Assembly: GCA_951406725.2 (NCBI GenBank)
Contig: OX597835.1
Coordinates: 22,940,001 to 23,004,000, forward strand
Reading direction: 5' to 3'
DNA length: 64,000 nucleotides
Source of the DNA: Octopus vulgaris
Taxonomy: Eukaryota
Both the position numbers and the translations under genes were made by a program. This document shows positions 27,690 to 42,965 of the stretch, one piece after another. The notes below the pieces were generated by a model that saw nothing but the letters and a program-made list of their open reading frames with translations, was not told the DNA's origin and did not search any database. How positions within the stretch are numbered: the stretch's first letter is position 1; each line of letters opens with the position of its first letter.

Positions 27690-28062
27690 ACATAGTGCAG
27701 ACGACTGGCTGGATGGATCCTAAGAACATTCAGAACCAGAGATAAGGAAACCATGATGATCCTCTGGCGGACATTCATCTTCAGCCACCTGGATTACTGC
27801 TCACAGCTATGGTCACCCACCAGTGTGAATTTAACAGTGGACCTTGAAGCCATCCAGAGAAGATTCACAAAGATGATCGTCTCTTTGCAACAGCTCAGCT
27901 ACTGGGAAAGGCTGAAACAGCTAAGACTCTACTCCCTGGAGAGAAGACAGGAGAGATATGTAGTGATATATATCTGGAAGATCCTGGAAGGAATTGTGCC
28001 AAATTTTGGCATTGCAAGCTACACCAATGCTAGAACAGGATGACACTGCTTAGTGCCAAAGA
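27690..28062 (+). mobile_element. CR1-group LINE RT C-terminal fragment
   Basis: WILRTFRTRD...LWRTFIFSHLDYCSQLWSP...LEAIQRRFTKMI...SYWERLKQLRLYSLERR. Confidence 0.85.
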
Positions 28063-28154
28063 TATGCATATATTTGTTTGTTAACAAAACCAATTGATGC
28101 CAGCTTGACAATTCATCAAGAAACATTAAACAATTAAACAGAATCAACTAGATA

Positions 28155-30065
28155 CACATTAACAAGCAACATTTGGTCAGATGAAAGCTATGTTTTTAAT
28201 AGTCCGATGACAATACATAAAATCCATTGAGAATGACTGGTTTTCGAATATATGAACTGTAAAAAGCAATATTTGCAGATGTGAGTTTCAGAGGGGTGGC
28301 CACATTAACAAGCAACATTTGGTCAGATGAAAGCTATGTTTTTAATAGTCCGATGACAATACATAAAATCCGTTGAGAATGAATGGTGTTCGAAAATATG
28401 AACTGTAAAAAGCAATATTTGCGGATGTGAGTTTCCAGAGGGGTGGCCACATTAACAAGCAACATTTGGTCAAATGAAAGCTATGTTTTTAATAGTCCGA
28501 TGACAATACATAAAATCCGTTGAGAATGACTGGTTTTCGAATATATGAACTGTAAAAAGCAATATTTGCAGATGTGAGTTTCCAGAGGGGTGGCCACATT
28601 AACAAGCAACATTTGGTCAGATGAAAGCTATGTCTTTAATAGTCCGATGACAATACATAAAATCCGTTGAGAATGACTGGTTTTCGAATATATGAACTGT
28701 AAAAAGCAATATTTGCGGATGTGAGTTTCAGAGGGGTGGCCACATTAACAAGCAACATTTGGTCAGATGAAAGCTATGTTTTTAATAGTCCGATGACAAT
28801 ACATAAAATCCATTGAGAATGACTGGTGTTCGAATATATGAACTGTAAAAAGCAATATTTGCGGATGTGAGTTTCCAGAGGGGTGGCCACATTAACAAGC
28901 AACATTTCGTCAGATGAAAGCTATGTTTTTAATAGCCCAATGAAAATATATAAAATCCGTTGAGAACAACTGGTGTTCGAATATATGAACTGTAAAAAGC
29001 AATATTTGCGGATGTGAGTTTCCAGAGGGGTGGCCACATTAACAAGCAACATTTGGTCAGATGAAAGCTATGTTTTTAATAGTCCGATGACAATACATAA
29101 AATCCATTGAGAATGACTGGTGTTCGAATATATGAACTGTAAAAAGCAATATTTGCGGATGTGAGTTTCCAGAGGGGTGGCCACATTAACAAGCAACATT
29201 TCGTCAGATGAAAGCTATGTTTTTAATAGTCTGATGACAATACATAAAATCCGTTGAGAATGACTGGTTTTCGAATATATGAACTGTAAAAAGCAATATT
29301 TATGGATGTGAGTTTCCAGAGGGGTGGCCACATTAACAAGCAACATTTGGTCAGATGAAAGCTATGTTTTTAATAGTCCGATGACAATACATAAAATCTG
29401 TTGAGAATGACTGGTTTTCGAATATATGAACTGTAAAAAGCAATATTTGCGGATGTGAGTTTCCAGAGGGGTGGCCACATTAACAAGCAACATTTGGTCA
29501 GATGAAAGCTATGTTTTTAATAGTCCGATGACAATACATAAAATCCGTTGAGAATGACTGGTTTTCGAATATATGAACTGTAAAAAGCAATATTTGCGGA
29601 TGTGAGTTTCCAGAGGGGTGGCCACATTAACAAGCAACATTTGGTCAGATGAAAGCTATGTTTTTAATAGTCCGATGACAATACATAAAATCTGTTGAGA
29701 ATGACTGGTGTTCGAATATATGAACTGTAAAAAGCAATATTTGCGGATGTGAGTTTCCAGAGGGGTGGCCACATTAACAAGCAACATTTGGTCAGATGAA
29801 AGCTATGTTTTTAATAGTCCAATGACAATACATAAAATCTGTTGAGAACGACTGGTGTTCGAATATATGAACTGTAAAAAGCAATATTTGCGGATGTGAG
29901 TTTCCAGAGGGGTGGCCACATTAACAAGCAACATTTGGTCAGATGAAAGCTATGTTTTTAATAGTCCGATGAAAATACATAAAATCCGTTGAGAACAACT
30001 GGTTTTCGAATATATGAGCTGTAAAAAGCAATATTTGCGGATGTGAGTTTCCAGAGGGGTGGCCA
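28155..30065. repeat. Tandem array, 13 units of 146-147 bp
   Basis: Unit starts cacattaacaagcaac at 28155, 28301, 28448, 28595, 28741, 28888, 29035, 29182, 29329, 29476, 29623, 29770, 29917; few substitutions per unit; stops in all six frames. Confidence 0.97.
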
Positions 30066-30360
30066 AATATTTACATAAAAAGTCGGTTTCGAAGATTCTG
30101 AAATAAAAACAAGTTGTATGTCTCATATATACATATACATGTATTAAATGGAGTTCTTTTACTCCAAACATAGATGTCCTTGCATCTGCAGGAGTCACCT
30201 CAATTAAAGCTACGATTTTGAGAAATAAATGAGATGGTGTGGCCATATTGTTCGAATGGTGGATGAATGCACGTCTAAACAGCTGTTTTATGGTGAGCTT
30301 GCAGAGGGGAAATGCTATAGGTGTAAACCTAAATAAAGGTTTAGGGACAGCATAAGGACC

Positions 30361-30395
<35 letters not shown>

Positions 30396-30611
30396 ACTAT
30401 TTGGTAACATAATGTGGTTGTACTTGAAGGGACGATTATTACTGTTGTTTAGCCCCAGGAAACATTGTTTCCATCTGGCTATACAGCACAATATCTGTGT
30501 CCTTATGGACAGTAACACTCGTCCCATTTAGGAATGCCACATTATGTTGGCAAATAGTCTTTACTTTAAAGAACTGTTACTGAATATTTCTCTTTGAGAG
30601 ATTTAGAAATA

Positions 30612-30658
<47 letters not shown>

Positions 30659-30858
30659 CACACACACACATATATACACACATATATACACACACACATA
30701 TATATATACATACACACATATATACACACATATACACAAATATATATACACACACACACACATATGATTGATTCTAGTTTCAGCTCATGAGCTGTGGCCA
30801 TGCTGGGGCACCATACATATATTATACACACAATATATATACATACACATATATACAC

Positions 30859-30919
<61 letters not shown>

Positions 30920-30927
30920 CACACACA

Positions 30928-31152
30928 TAGGGTGCAGCAGAAGTAACACCCTTTTTGCCTTTAATAACTTTTATAGTATATAAATGTTCAGTAAATAATT
31001 TTTTATTAAACACAAATTTTATTGCATCACTTAAAGAAACAAACAATAAACTCATGAAAAAAATCGCAGAAGTTCCTGGAAATTTATTAAGTATTGTTTC
31101 ATCAAAACAACATGATTCAATATAAAAGGGCTTTACTTCTACTGCACACTGT

Positions 31153-31153
<1 letters not shown>
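30928..31153. mobile_element. Tc1/mariner-type MITE
   Basis: TIRs agggtgcagcagaagtaacaccctttt / aaaagggctttacttctactgcacactg, TA flanks. Confidence 0.75.
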
Positions 31154-33769
<2,616 letters not shown>

Positions 33770-33941
33770 GTATGTATATATATATGTAAGAATTTACAGT
33801 GGTCATGGTTGCATGGTGTTTGATTATAAGTAAATAAAATAAAAAATACACATTGTATACAGGACATCACCAACACGCGAGAGATAAGAACAGGACAAAA
33901 TACCAAAAGAAGATAACTCTTCATCAGTTGTCAGGCTGTTT

Positions 33942-34156
33942 ATTATTATTTGATAAACACAATATGTCTTTTTATAAGCAACCAATAGTTTCATGCAACT
34001 AAAGCATCAGGCAGCATATTTCTTGCCAAATGGGCAGAGCCCGAGGATCGCATGAAGGCACCAGACATGTTAAAAAATGCTGTCTGATGTTTTTATTGCA
34101 TGAAACTATTAGTAGCTTATAAAAATATATATTGTGCTTACTAAATAATATTTATC
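33942..34156. mobile_element. Diverged inverted pair with hammerhead-like motifs
   Basis: Right arm gctgtCTGATG...gcatGAAActattagTAgc, left arm is its diverged reverse complement; related single copy near 60145-60260. Confidence 0.5.
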
Positions 34157-34216
34157 TCTCACCAAACAGCGTATTTTTTTTATTAATCTTACAATCACGG
34201 AACAGTACACTATCTA

Positions 34217-34250
<34 letters not shown>

Positions 34251-34256
<6 letters not shown>

Positions 34257-35110
34257 GCAATGGGTAAGTTGTCACCATTTTATATTTTTAATTTCGTGCA
34301 TGTGCATTGATTGTTTTTGATTTTGTCGACTACACAGTATAGTAGGGTCAGTTGGGCACCGTCTGTGAGAAAAACAGCACCGTGCCAGAAATTTGGAAAT
34401 GACATGCTGTACTTCTTGGCATTTGCACTAGAATCTCCAGTACGAACATTTCAGAGTGTTTGGATGTCAATCTAAGGATATGTACCAAGAGTGATAAAGA
34501 TCAAACATCCAGTCAACATCATGGTGTTTGGAGTGATCACTAGTAATGGCAACATTATGCCTCCATTCATCTTCTCACATGGCCTCAAACTTAATATGGA
34601 GGCCTACAGCAAATGCCTGGAGGAGGTAGTGCTGCCCTGGGCTAAGAGGGTGGCTGCTGGAAGATTCTATGTCTGGCAACAGAACTCTGCACCATATCAT
34701 ACAAGCAGGAGAACCCAGTCATGGTTGTCAGACAATTTCTGTGACCACACTACCCCAAACATTTGGCTACCTAACTCCCCAGACTGCAACCCCCTTGATT
34801 ATTGTGTGTAGGGTGCAGTTGAGTGAGAGACCAACAAAACTCCTTGTAACACCAAAGATGATCTGAAAGCAAGGATTATGGCAGCATTCACCAACTTAAA
34901 CAAGGAAACTGTCCAGAAGATTTACAGGAGATTCTGATGTCTTCTGGAGGCCGAGATTGAAGCCAATGGCGATTTTATTGAATAAATTTACTCTTTAGTA
35001 TTTCAAGATATTTTTATGTATTTTTCGTAAATATATCTGTTAGAATGAAATATCTGTGTTATTTTCATTTTTGTGCAATTTAGGCAACAGATTATTCACT
35101 ACACCCTGTA
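34251..35110 (+). mobile_element. Internally deleted Tc1/mariner-superfamily transposon
   Basis: KHPVNIMVFGVIT...WQQNSAPYHTS...WLPNSPDCNPLDY transposase motifs; diverged TIRs tagggtgcaatgggtaagttgtcacc / ggcaacagattattcactacaccctgta with TA ends. Confidence 0.85.
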
Positions 35111-35249
35111 CACACACACACATTACCAAAACATTAGCATATATTACATACTACAATAAGCATATACAATGTATTAGGTCAAGAAATTAGCATACATAAT
35201 GTGTTAGCATAAGAAATTAACACAAATAACGTATTAGTATAGGAAACTA

Positions 35250-35533
35250 TTGCAGCGTGGAAGGTGTTTGTAAGCCATTTAAGAAACATACAAAATCCCT
35301 TCGATTCACTTTAACATTTAAGTTTAATTTGTCAAAATATTTTCGTCGCTAAAATCCGCGACCTGTTCACTGACAAAGGTCGCGGATTTTAGCGACGAAA
35401 ATATTTTGACAAATTAAACTTAAATGTTGAAGTGAATCGAACGGCTTTTGTGTGTTTCTTAAATGGCTTACAAACACCTTCCACGCTGCAATTGTTTTCG
35501 TTCCAGCACACGATCTCAGATCAAATCCCTTGC
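35250..35533. mobile_element. Fold-back Penelope-like insertion
   Basis: Inverted arms of about 115 bp (35250-35365 / 35377-35492), hammerhead at the axis, flanking direct repeat tataggaaacta at 35238-35249 and 35534-35545. Confidence 0.75.
35328..35377 (-). ncRNA. Minimal type-I hammerhead ribozyme with G3:C8 core variant
   Basis: Minus strand: tttgtca GTGAACA g gtcgc-ggatttta-gcgac GAA Aatatt t tgacaaa; 7-bp stem I, 5-bp stem II, palindromic stem III (aatatt). Confidence 0.7.
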
Positions 35534-36114
35534 TATAGGAAACTAGCATACATGAAATTATATAGTGCATGTGTGTGTGTACACACATACAAGTACACAT
35601 ATATACACAAGGTACAATGACTGTGAGATATAGATACTAAATTACTTACCTCAAGGCTGCAAATTCAAATCTTTATTCACAGTTCACCTGTTGCACACCT
35701 TTCCTAAGAATGCTTGTTCCTGTTTATCTTACTACACAAAACCAAAATTCTCTTCAGACTTTCCAATTGAAATGATTAACAGTAAGAAAAGCAGTCGTGG
35801 TGGTGGTGGTGGTGGTGATCGGATGGATCAATGGATAATCCACCCCACTCATGTATGTATGATCCAAACAACAAAAAAAAAAGAGGGAAAGTTAACTTAC
35901 CATCCTTGTATTGTAAAATGAGGTGATGAATCCAAAGAAAGGGCGTGGTTTCACTTCACTGGTGAGTCATACTGGCAATAGTGTGACCTCGGTGTAGAGC
36001 AGCAGAAATTTGTTAAGGTAGAATGGTTACAAGGGGAACTGGCTGATGAGAATCAGTGAGCTGAGAATACTGTTGGTGGTCAAACAGCTTTGGTCAGATG
36101 TGAATGAGTGTATT

Positions 36115-37150
36115 GTTTATTGTGTGTGTGTGTGTGTATGTGTTGAGTAAGTGTGTGCGTGAGTGAGTGGGTATGGTGAGTGTAAGAATGTGTTGTGTGT
36201 GTGTGTGTGTGTGTGAGTATGGTGAGTGTAAGAATGTGTTGTGTGTGTGTGTGAGTATGAGTATGGTGAGTAAGAATGTGTTGTGTGTGTGTGTGTGTGT
36301 GAGTATGGTGAGTGTAAGAATGTGTTGTGCGTGTGTGTGAGTATGGTGAGTGTAAGAATGTGTTGTGTGTGTGTGTGTGTGTGTGTGTGAGCATAGTGAG
36401 TGTAAGAATGTATTGTGTGTGTGTGTATGATGAACGTATGTGTTGAGTAAGTGTGTGCGTGAGTGAGTGGGTATGGTGAGTGTAAGAATGTGTTGTGCGT
36501 GTGTGTGAGTATGGTGAGTGTAAGAATGTGTTGTGTGTGTGTGTGTGTGTGTGTGAGCATAGTGAGTGTAAGAATGTATTGTGTGTGTGTGTATGATGAA
36601 CGTATGTGTTGAGTAAGTGTGTGCGTGAGTGAGTGGGTATGGTGAGTGTAAGAATGTGTTGTGCGTGTGTGTGAGTATGGTGAGTGTAAGAATGTGTTTT
36701 GTGTGTGTGTGTGTGTGTGTGAGCATAGTGAGTGTAAGAATGTATTGTGTGTGTGTGTATGATGAACGTATGTGTTGAGTAAGTGTGTGCGTGAGTGAGT
36801 GGGTATGGTGAGTGTAAGAATGTGTTGTGAAAGTGTGTGAGTATGGTGAGTGTAAGAATGTGTTGTGTGTGTGTGTGTGTGTGTGTGAGCATAGTGAGTG
36901 TAAGAATGTATTGTGTGTGTGTGTGTGTGATGAAACGTATGTGTTGAGTAAGTGTGTGCGTGAGTGAGTGGGTATGGTGAGTGTAAGAATGTGTTGTGTG
37001 TGTGTGTGAGTATGGTGTGTGTAAGAATGTGTTGAGAAAGTGAGTGAGTATGGTGAGTGTAAGAAGGTGTTGAGTGTGTGTGTGTTGTGTGTGTGTGAGT
37101 GAGTATGGTGAGTGTAAAAATGTGTTGAGTGAGTGTGTGTGTGGGTGGGT
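36115..37150. repeat. GT-rich compound minisatellite with higher-order period of about 166 bp
   Basis: Subunit gagtatggtgagtgtaagaatgtgtt(gt)n; marker tgatgaacgtatgtgttgagtaag recurs near 36428, 36594, 36760, 36928. Confidence 0.9.
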
Positions 37151-37266
37151 GAGAGTGTGTGTGCATATCAGTGACTGTGTGTATGTGTGTGTAAATGTGT
37201 GGAGCTCAGTGTGAATGAGTGTATGTGCATGTGCAAATGACTGAACAAGCAGCTGTATGCATGTGA

Positions 37267-37311
<45 letters not shown>

Positions 37312-37477
37312 TGAGTGAATGAGTTAGTGCAAGCATGTGTATGATACTGTGTGAATGAGCAAGTGACTACATATGTGTGTGTATGTGCCCTGTGAGTGAA
37401 TTTGGTAGACAGAATTTGTGTGGAAGTACACCATAAAGATATTTATACATATACATATATATATATACTTTATTTAA

Positions 37478-37591
37478 AGCAGCAGAAAATTCAACAAAAT
37501 CTGTTACTCTGAGTTTCTCGTTGCCGTTCATCATCTGATGAACGGCAACGAGAAACTCAGAGTAACAGATTTTGTTGAATTTTCTGCTGCT
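37478..37591. mobile_element. Palindrome centred on a hammerhead core
   Basis: Perfect arms of about 55 bp; right arm begins CTGATGA acg-gcaa-cga GAAA ctcagag TA (37535-37564); sits between TA runs. Confidence 0.7.
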
Positions 37592-37640
37592 ATTTGAGTA
37601 CTCTTTTTTTCCACCTTGTTTCACATTTATGTGTTTACTC

Positions 37641-37730
<90 letters not shown>

Positions 37731-38138
37731 TAATATATAAGAATAAAATCTGTATAAGAATTTATCAAGTAGCCAGCATGGAAAACCAGTTCAGGAAAAA
37801 ATTAATACAAAATATACTATTTTTCTCTTCATATATAAATACATTCATTATATTAAGGGCTATTACCACATGTTAGTGCTTCACGCTGTTATGGGTGTCA
37901 GAGTCCCATGGCAGTGTGAGGCATTTACATGTAGTAATAGACCTTAATATAATGAATGAATGAATGAATGGATGGATGGATGGAATTTATAGAAAAACAA
38001 AAGACAGGTTTATTAACGACAAGAAGGTGTATTAGTTTGATACTTGGGGAAGTGAAAAATGAAGTTTTTTATGTTTTGAGCCTCTGCTCTTCAGCAGAAA
38101 GGAATGAAGGGAAAAAACCAGAGAGAATGATGTATGTA

Positions 38139-38173
<35 letters not shown>

Positions 38174-38177
<4 letters not shown>

Positions 38178-38254
38178 TTCAAAATAGAAAATTACCCTTT
38201 AACAGGTAATTTTTACATGTACCTGTTAAAGGGTAATTTTCTAGTTTGAAATAT
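38174..38254. repeat. Short palindrome, about 36-bp arms
   Basis: atttcaaaatagaaaattaccctttaacaggta / tacctgttaaagggtaattttctagtttgaaat. Confidence 0.8.
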
Positions 38255-38837
38255 GAATATGTTGTCTATTGACTATTTATACATGCTGGGCCACTGGTGA
38301 TGATATTTATAACAAATATTTGCAACCCTATATATCATCATCATCATCATCATCATTTAACGTCCGTTTTCCATGCTAGCATGGGTTGGACGGTTCAACT
38401 GGGGTCTGGGGAGCCCGAAGGCTGCACCAGGCCAGTCAGATCTGGCAGTGTTTCTACAGCTGGATGCCCTTCCTAATGCCAACCACTCCGAGAGTGTAGT
38501 GGGTGATTTTATGTGCCACCGACACAGGTGCCAGACGAGGCTGGCGAACGGCCATGCTCGGATGGTGTTTTTTATGTGCCACCGACACAGGTGCCAGACG
38601 AGGCTCGCAGACGGCCACGCTCGGATGGTGTTTTTATGTGCCACCGACACAGGTGCCAGATGAGGCTCGCGAACGGCCACGATCGGATGGTGTTTGTTAC
38701 GTGCCCACAGCACGGAGGCCAGTCGATGCGGTACTGGCTATGGCCACGTTCGGATGGTTTTCTTGTGTGCCACCGGCACTGGTACCACAAAGATACAAAT
38801 TCCATTGATGTTCATCTATTTTGATTTGTCGGTCTAG

Positions 38838-38878
<41 letters not shown>

Positions 38879-38884
38879 TATAGA

Positions 38885-39156
38885 TAGGGTACTACATGTA
38901 GCACCAGCAGGCTAAAATTAGCACTCAAAAGAATTCAAAACCACAGTTTTCACTTGTACACAAGGGCAAAATCAAGTGAACAACGAATAAAATTTTAAGA
39001 CCCTGTATCATAGATGAGAAGAATTGAAAATGCAAATCATTTTTGATTCTTTTTACTGCTCATTTCCTCAATTTCCCCCTTGTGTACAAGTGAAAACTGG
39101 TTTTGAGTAGTTTTGATGGTTATTTTTAGCATGCTGGGGATACATGTACTAACCTT
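38885..39156. repeat. Diverged inverted repeat
   Basis: cagttttcacttgtacacaaggg / cccttgtgtacaagtgaaaactg core with weaker outer matches; follows a (TA)n run. Confidence 0.65.
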
Positions 39157-39469
39157 CATTATTAATTAATAATTTTGCCTTTAAGATTCTTTTAAGCATG
39201 CTAGCCACTGATATTATTGTGAATTATTAACAATAATGTCCTTATATATTTTGATATAATATATGGGCATGGCTGTGTGGTTAGGGAGCTTGCTTCCTAG
39301 CTATATGGTTTCGGGTTCAGTCCCACTGCGTGGCACTTTGGGTAGGTGTCTTTCACTATAGCCCCGAGCTGACCGGAGCTTTGTGATTGAATTCGGTAGG
39401 TGGAAGTTACTGCCGTGTGTATATGTGCGTGTAGGTGCTTGTGCCTCTCCGAAAGAGAGAGAGGGATAT

Positions 39470-41460
39470 CATTATCATCATCGTTTAACGTCCATTTTCC
39501 ATGCTAGCATGGGTTGGACAATTTGACTGAGGAATGGCGAACCAGATGGCTGCACCAGGCTCCAATCTGATCTGGCAGAGTTTCCACAGCTGGATGTCCT
39601 TCCTAACGCCAACCACTCCGAGAGTGTAGTGGGTGCTTTTACGTGCCGCTGGCACGAGGGCCAGTCAGGCAGTACTGGCAACGGCCATGCTCAAAAGGTG
39701 CTTTTTATGTGCCACCTGCACAGGAGCCAGTCAAGCGGCACTGGCAACAACCTCACTCGAATGTTTTGTTCAAGTGCCGGTAAGGTGAAGTTGGTAACGA
39801 TCACGCTCAAATGGTGCTTTTTACGTACCACTGGCATAGAAGCCAGACAGCTACTCATATATATTACATTTGCTCCAACAGGTCTTCGCAAGCAGAGTTT
39901 AGTATCCAATGAAGGAAGGTGTGCCAGTCGTCGAATTTGGTTCAATTATGAATTCGATTTCACTTCCCTCAACAGGTCTTTGCAAGCAGAAATTTGTGTT
40001 CAAAGAAGGAAAGGTACGCATAAGTGGGCTGGCTACACCCCTGGTAAAGGCGATGGGTTATGGTCTCACTTGTCTTGCTGGGTCTTCTCATGCACAGCAT
40101 ATTTCCAAAGGTCTTGGTCACTAGTCATTGCTTCGGTGAGGCCTAATGTTTGAAGGTCATGCTTCACCACCTCATCCTACGTCTACTTCTTCCACAGGTT
40201 CCCTCAACTGCTAGGGTGTGGCACTTTTTCACACAGTTATCCTCATCCATTCTCGCCACATGAACATACCAACGCAGTCTCCTTTGCACACCACATCTGA
40301 TGCTTCTTAGGTCTAACTTTTCTCTCAAGGTACTAACACTCTGTCGAGTATGCACACTGACATTACACATCCGTCGGAGCATACTGGCTTCATTCCTTGT
40401 GAGCTTATGCATGTCCTCAGTAGTCACAGCCCACGTTTCACTGCCATGTAGCATGGTTGTTCGTACACATGCATCATACAATCTACCTTTTACTCTGAGC
40501 GAGAGGCCCTTTGTCACCAGTAGAGGTAAGAGCTCTCTGAACTTTGCCCAGGCTATTCTTATTCTAGCAGTTACACTTTCAGCACATCTGACCTCACTAC
40601 TGACTTGGTCACTGAGGTAATGGAAGCTATCAACTACTTCTAGTTTTTCTCCCTGGAATGTGGCAGAAGTTGTTCTCTGCATATTTTCAGTGTTTATTAC
40701 TCTTGAGCATCTGCCACATGCAAAAACTATCTTCCCAGTTAGCCTTCCTTTGACAATGCTGCACCTCTTACATGTCCATAGCTTACACTGGGTACATCTT
40801 ATAGAGTTTCTACATACGCCTTTTCTACAGATCAAGCAGGGCCATCTACCTTCCTACTTATTAGGACTTTGGTTTTAGCTACGTTGACTCTAAGGCCCTT
40901 CGATTCTAATCCTTGCTTCCACACCTGAAACTTCTCCTCTGGTTCTGATAGAGACTCAGCAATTAGAGCAAGGTCGTCAGCATAGAGGAGCTCCCAGGGA
41001 CATTCTGTCTTGAATTCCTCTGTTATTGCCTGGAGGACTATGATAAATAGGAGGAGGACTGAACCATAGTGGTCCCCTACCTCTACCCAGAATTCTTCAC
41101 TGTACTCGTTGCCAACCCTCACCTTACTGACAGTGTGCCTGTACATGGCTCGCACAGCTCTCACTAACCATTCATCTATCCCTAGTTTCCTCATTGACCA
41201 TCAGATAAGGGATTGGGGCACCCTGTCAAAGGCTTTCTCCATGTCAACGAAAGCCAGGTACAGAGGTTTATCTTTGGTTAAGCACCTTCATTACCTGATG
41301 CAAGAACTTGATACCCCTGTAATCATTTGTATCTAAAGTGTAACCTTACCTTTGTAGCAGTTGACTATGGTGCTGCTACACCAGTCATTGGGTATGATTC
41401 CTTCATGTATCACCTGGTTAACAATACGAGTGACTAGGCTATAGCCAACACTGCCAGATA
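39470..41460 (-). mobile_element. RTE-clade LINE fragment (RT C-terminal half plus 3' UTR)
   Basis: FVDMEKAFDRVP, ELLYADDLALIAES, AWAKFRELLPLL, MLHGSETWAV, RLRWYxHVARM motifs with frameshifts; 3' UTR ends in (GAT)n. Confidence 0.92.
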
Positions 41461-41664
41461 TGTATATATCATCATCATCATCATCATCATTTAGTGTCCG
41501 CTTTCCATGCTAGCATGGGTTGGACGGTTCAACTGGGGACTGTGAAGCTGGAAGGCTTTGTCAGGCCCAGTCAGATCTGGCAGTGTTTCTACGGCTGGAT
41601 GCCCTTCCTAACGCCAACCACTCCGTGAGTGTACTGGGTGCTTTTTACGTGCCACCTGCACCTG

Positions 41665-41700
<36 letters not shown>

Positions 41701-41708
<8 letters not shown>

Positions 41709-41900
41709 TAAATAAGAACAAAAGAAGGAAATTTTCTATGCCAATATGCTGAAAAAATAGACTTTAGATTGTCTAACCACATATAATATTTTTCACTATA
41801 AATACAGTGAAAAATATTGTATGTGGCTAGACGATCTAAAGTCTATTTTTCAGCATAATGGCATAGAAAATTTTCTTCTTTTGTCCTTATCTATAATTGT
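41701..41900. repeat. Inverted repeat, about 95-bp arms with 8-nt loop
   Basis: Axis tttttcact-ataaatac-agtgaaaaa; arms with scattered mismatches; follows a (TA)n run. Confidence 0.8.
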
Positions 41901-41983
41901 TTATAATTTTCACCTTCAAAGGTATTTTAATATGCTGGCTGCTGATAAGACCTTTTTGAAAAATGTTGTCCTTATATTAGAAG

Positions 41984-42004
<21 letters not shown>

Positions 42005-42015
<11 letters not shown>

Positions 42016-42340
42016 GGAAATGAAGAAAATGCTGACAAAATAATTTAAGTAAGGGAGAGTGTATTTAATTAGGTGAAAGTTCTTTTTACCGGTTGCGCAT
42101 TTGTTATGCTTATCAAAAGATATTTTTTAAAGAGAGATAGAGTTCCTTTCTGATAGATTTTTTTCTCTTATCTCTCTTTAAAAAATATCTTTTGATAAGC
42201 ATAACAAATGCGCAACCAGTAAAAAGAACTTTCACCTAATTAAATACACTCTCCCTTACTTAAATTATTTTGTCAGCATTTTCTTCATTTCCTTTTTTTA
42301 TATATCACAACTCGTGTTCCACATCTCCTTTTTTAAATAT
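42005..42340. mobile_element. Fold-back element, family shared with 49946-50170
   Basis: Arms of about 130 bp (42011-42139 / 42169-42298) carrying TTGATAA gcat-aacaa-atgc GCAA ccgg TA; flanked by TA runs. Confidence 0.7.
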
Positions 42341-42344
42341 ATAT

Positions 42345-42965
42345 ATATAATATAAAAATACAAAATGAGACAAGAACGCAAAACATCCAGAAGATGATAC
42401 AAAAAACACACGACGGGTCATTCGAAGCCTTTAATTTTCAGTCAAGAATTGGATCATCCTCGCAATTTCGGCTGATTAATCTTGAGATTGCTCCAATCTG
42501 GCCAGCCCCAAGGAAAAACTAAGCTAAGAGCATTAGATTCCTTGGAAAAAAGCTTCGAATGTATACGAAACAAGGATGGAAAAACGGACGATGTTACACG
42601 AATATAAATACAAAAATAATACGTAAAAACAACAATAATAATAATAACAGGACATCACAACAGGCGTCTTTCGACTGGAAACGAACTGAATTCAGCTGGC
42701 ATGTTAGGAATTTAAGCCTTAGGGCAGAAGAAAAGTGTTGATGTTGCTCGACTGCTGCCAAACCCAAAAAGGCCAGTTGTCAGAGAAGAGAAGAGAGAGG
42801 AAAAGAGGAACAAAGGAATTAAGGAGGGGGAGAAGAGAGAGAGAGAGAGAGTGAGAAAAAGGGAGAGACGGGGACAAAGTGAAGTGCAAAGTAAGAAAGG
42901 CAAAGAAATGTAAGTGAGCGGGGAGAGAGAGTGTTGTAGAAGTCATACAAAGTTTAGTGAAATGT
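42345..42965 (-). mobile_element. TA-associated repeat, probably Penelope-derived (copies at 27330-27670 and 43020-43165)
   Basis: Three copies share aaaatgggacaagaacgcaaaacatccag...gattgctccaatctggcca; minus strand has CTGA(A/G)GA...GAAT hammerhead-like remnants; each starts at a TA run. Confidence 0.5.

Noticed and set aside
28155-30065. CRISPR array, snoRNA cluster, retrozyme array or 49-codon protein repeat
   Set aside because: No unique spacers, no paired C/D boxes, no complete hammerhead core (ccgatga has no matching GAAA stem), stops in every frame.
36080-37336. His/Thr-rich 210-418 aa ORFs
   Set aside because: Open in all three minus frames because of the CA-rich minisatellite; no splice or domain support.
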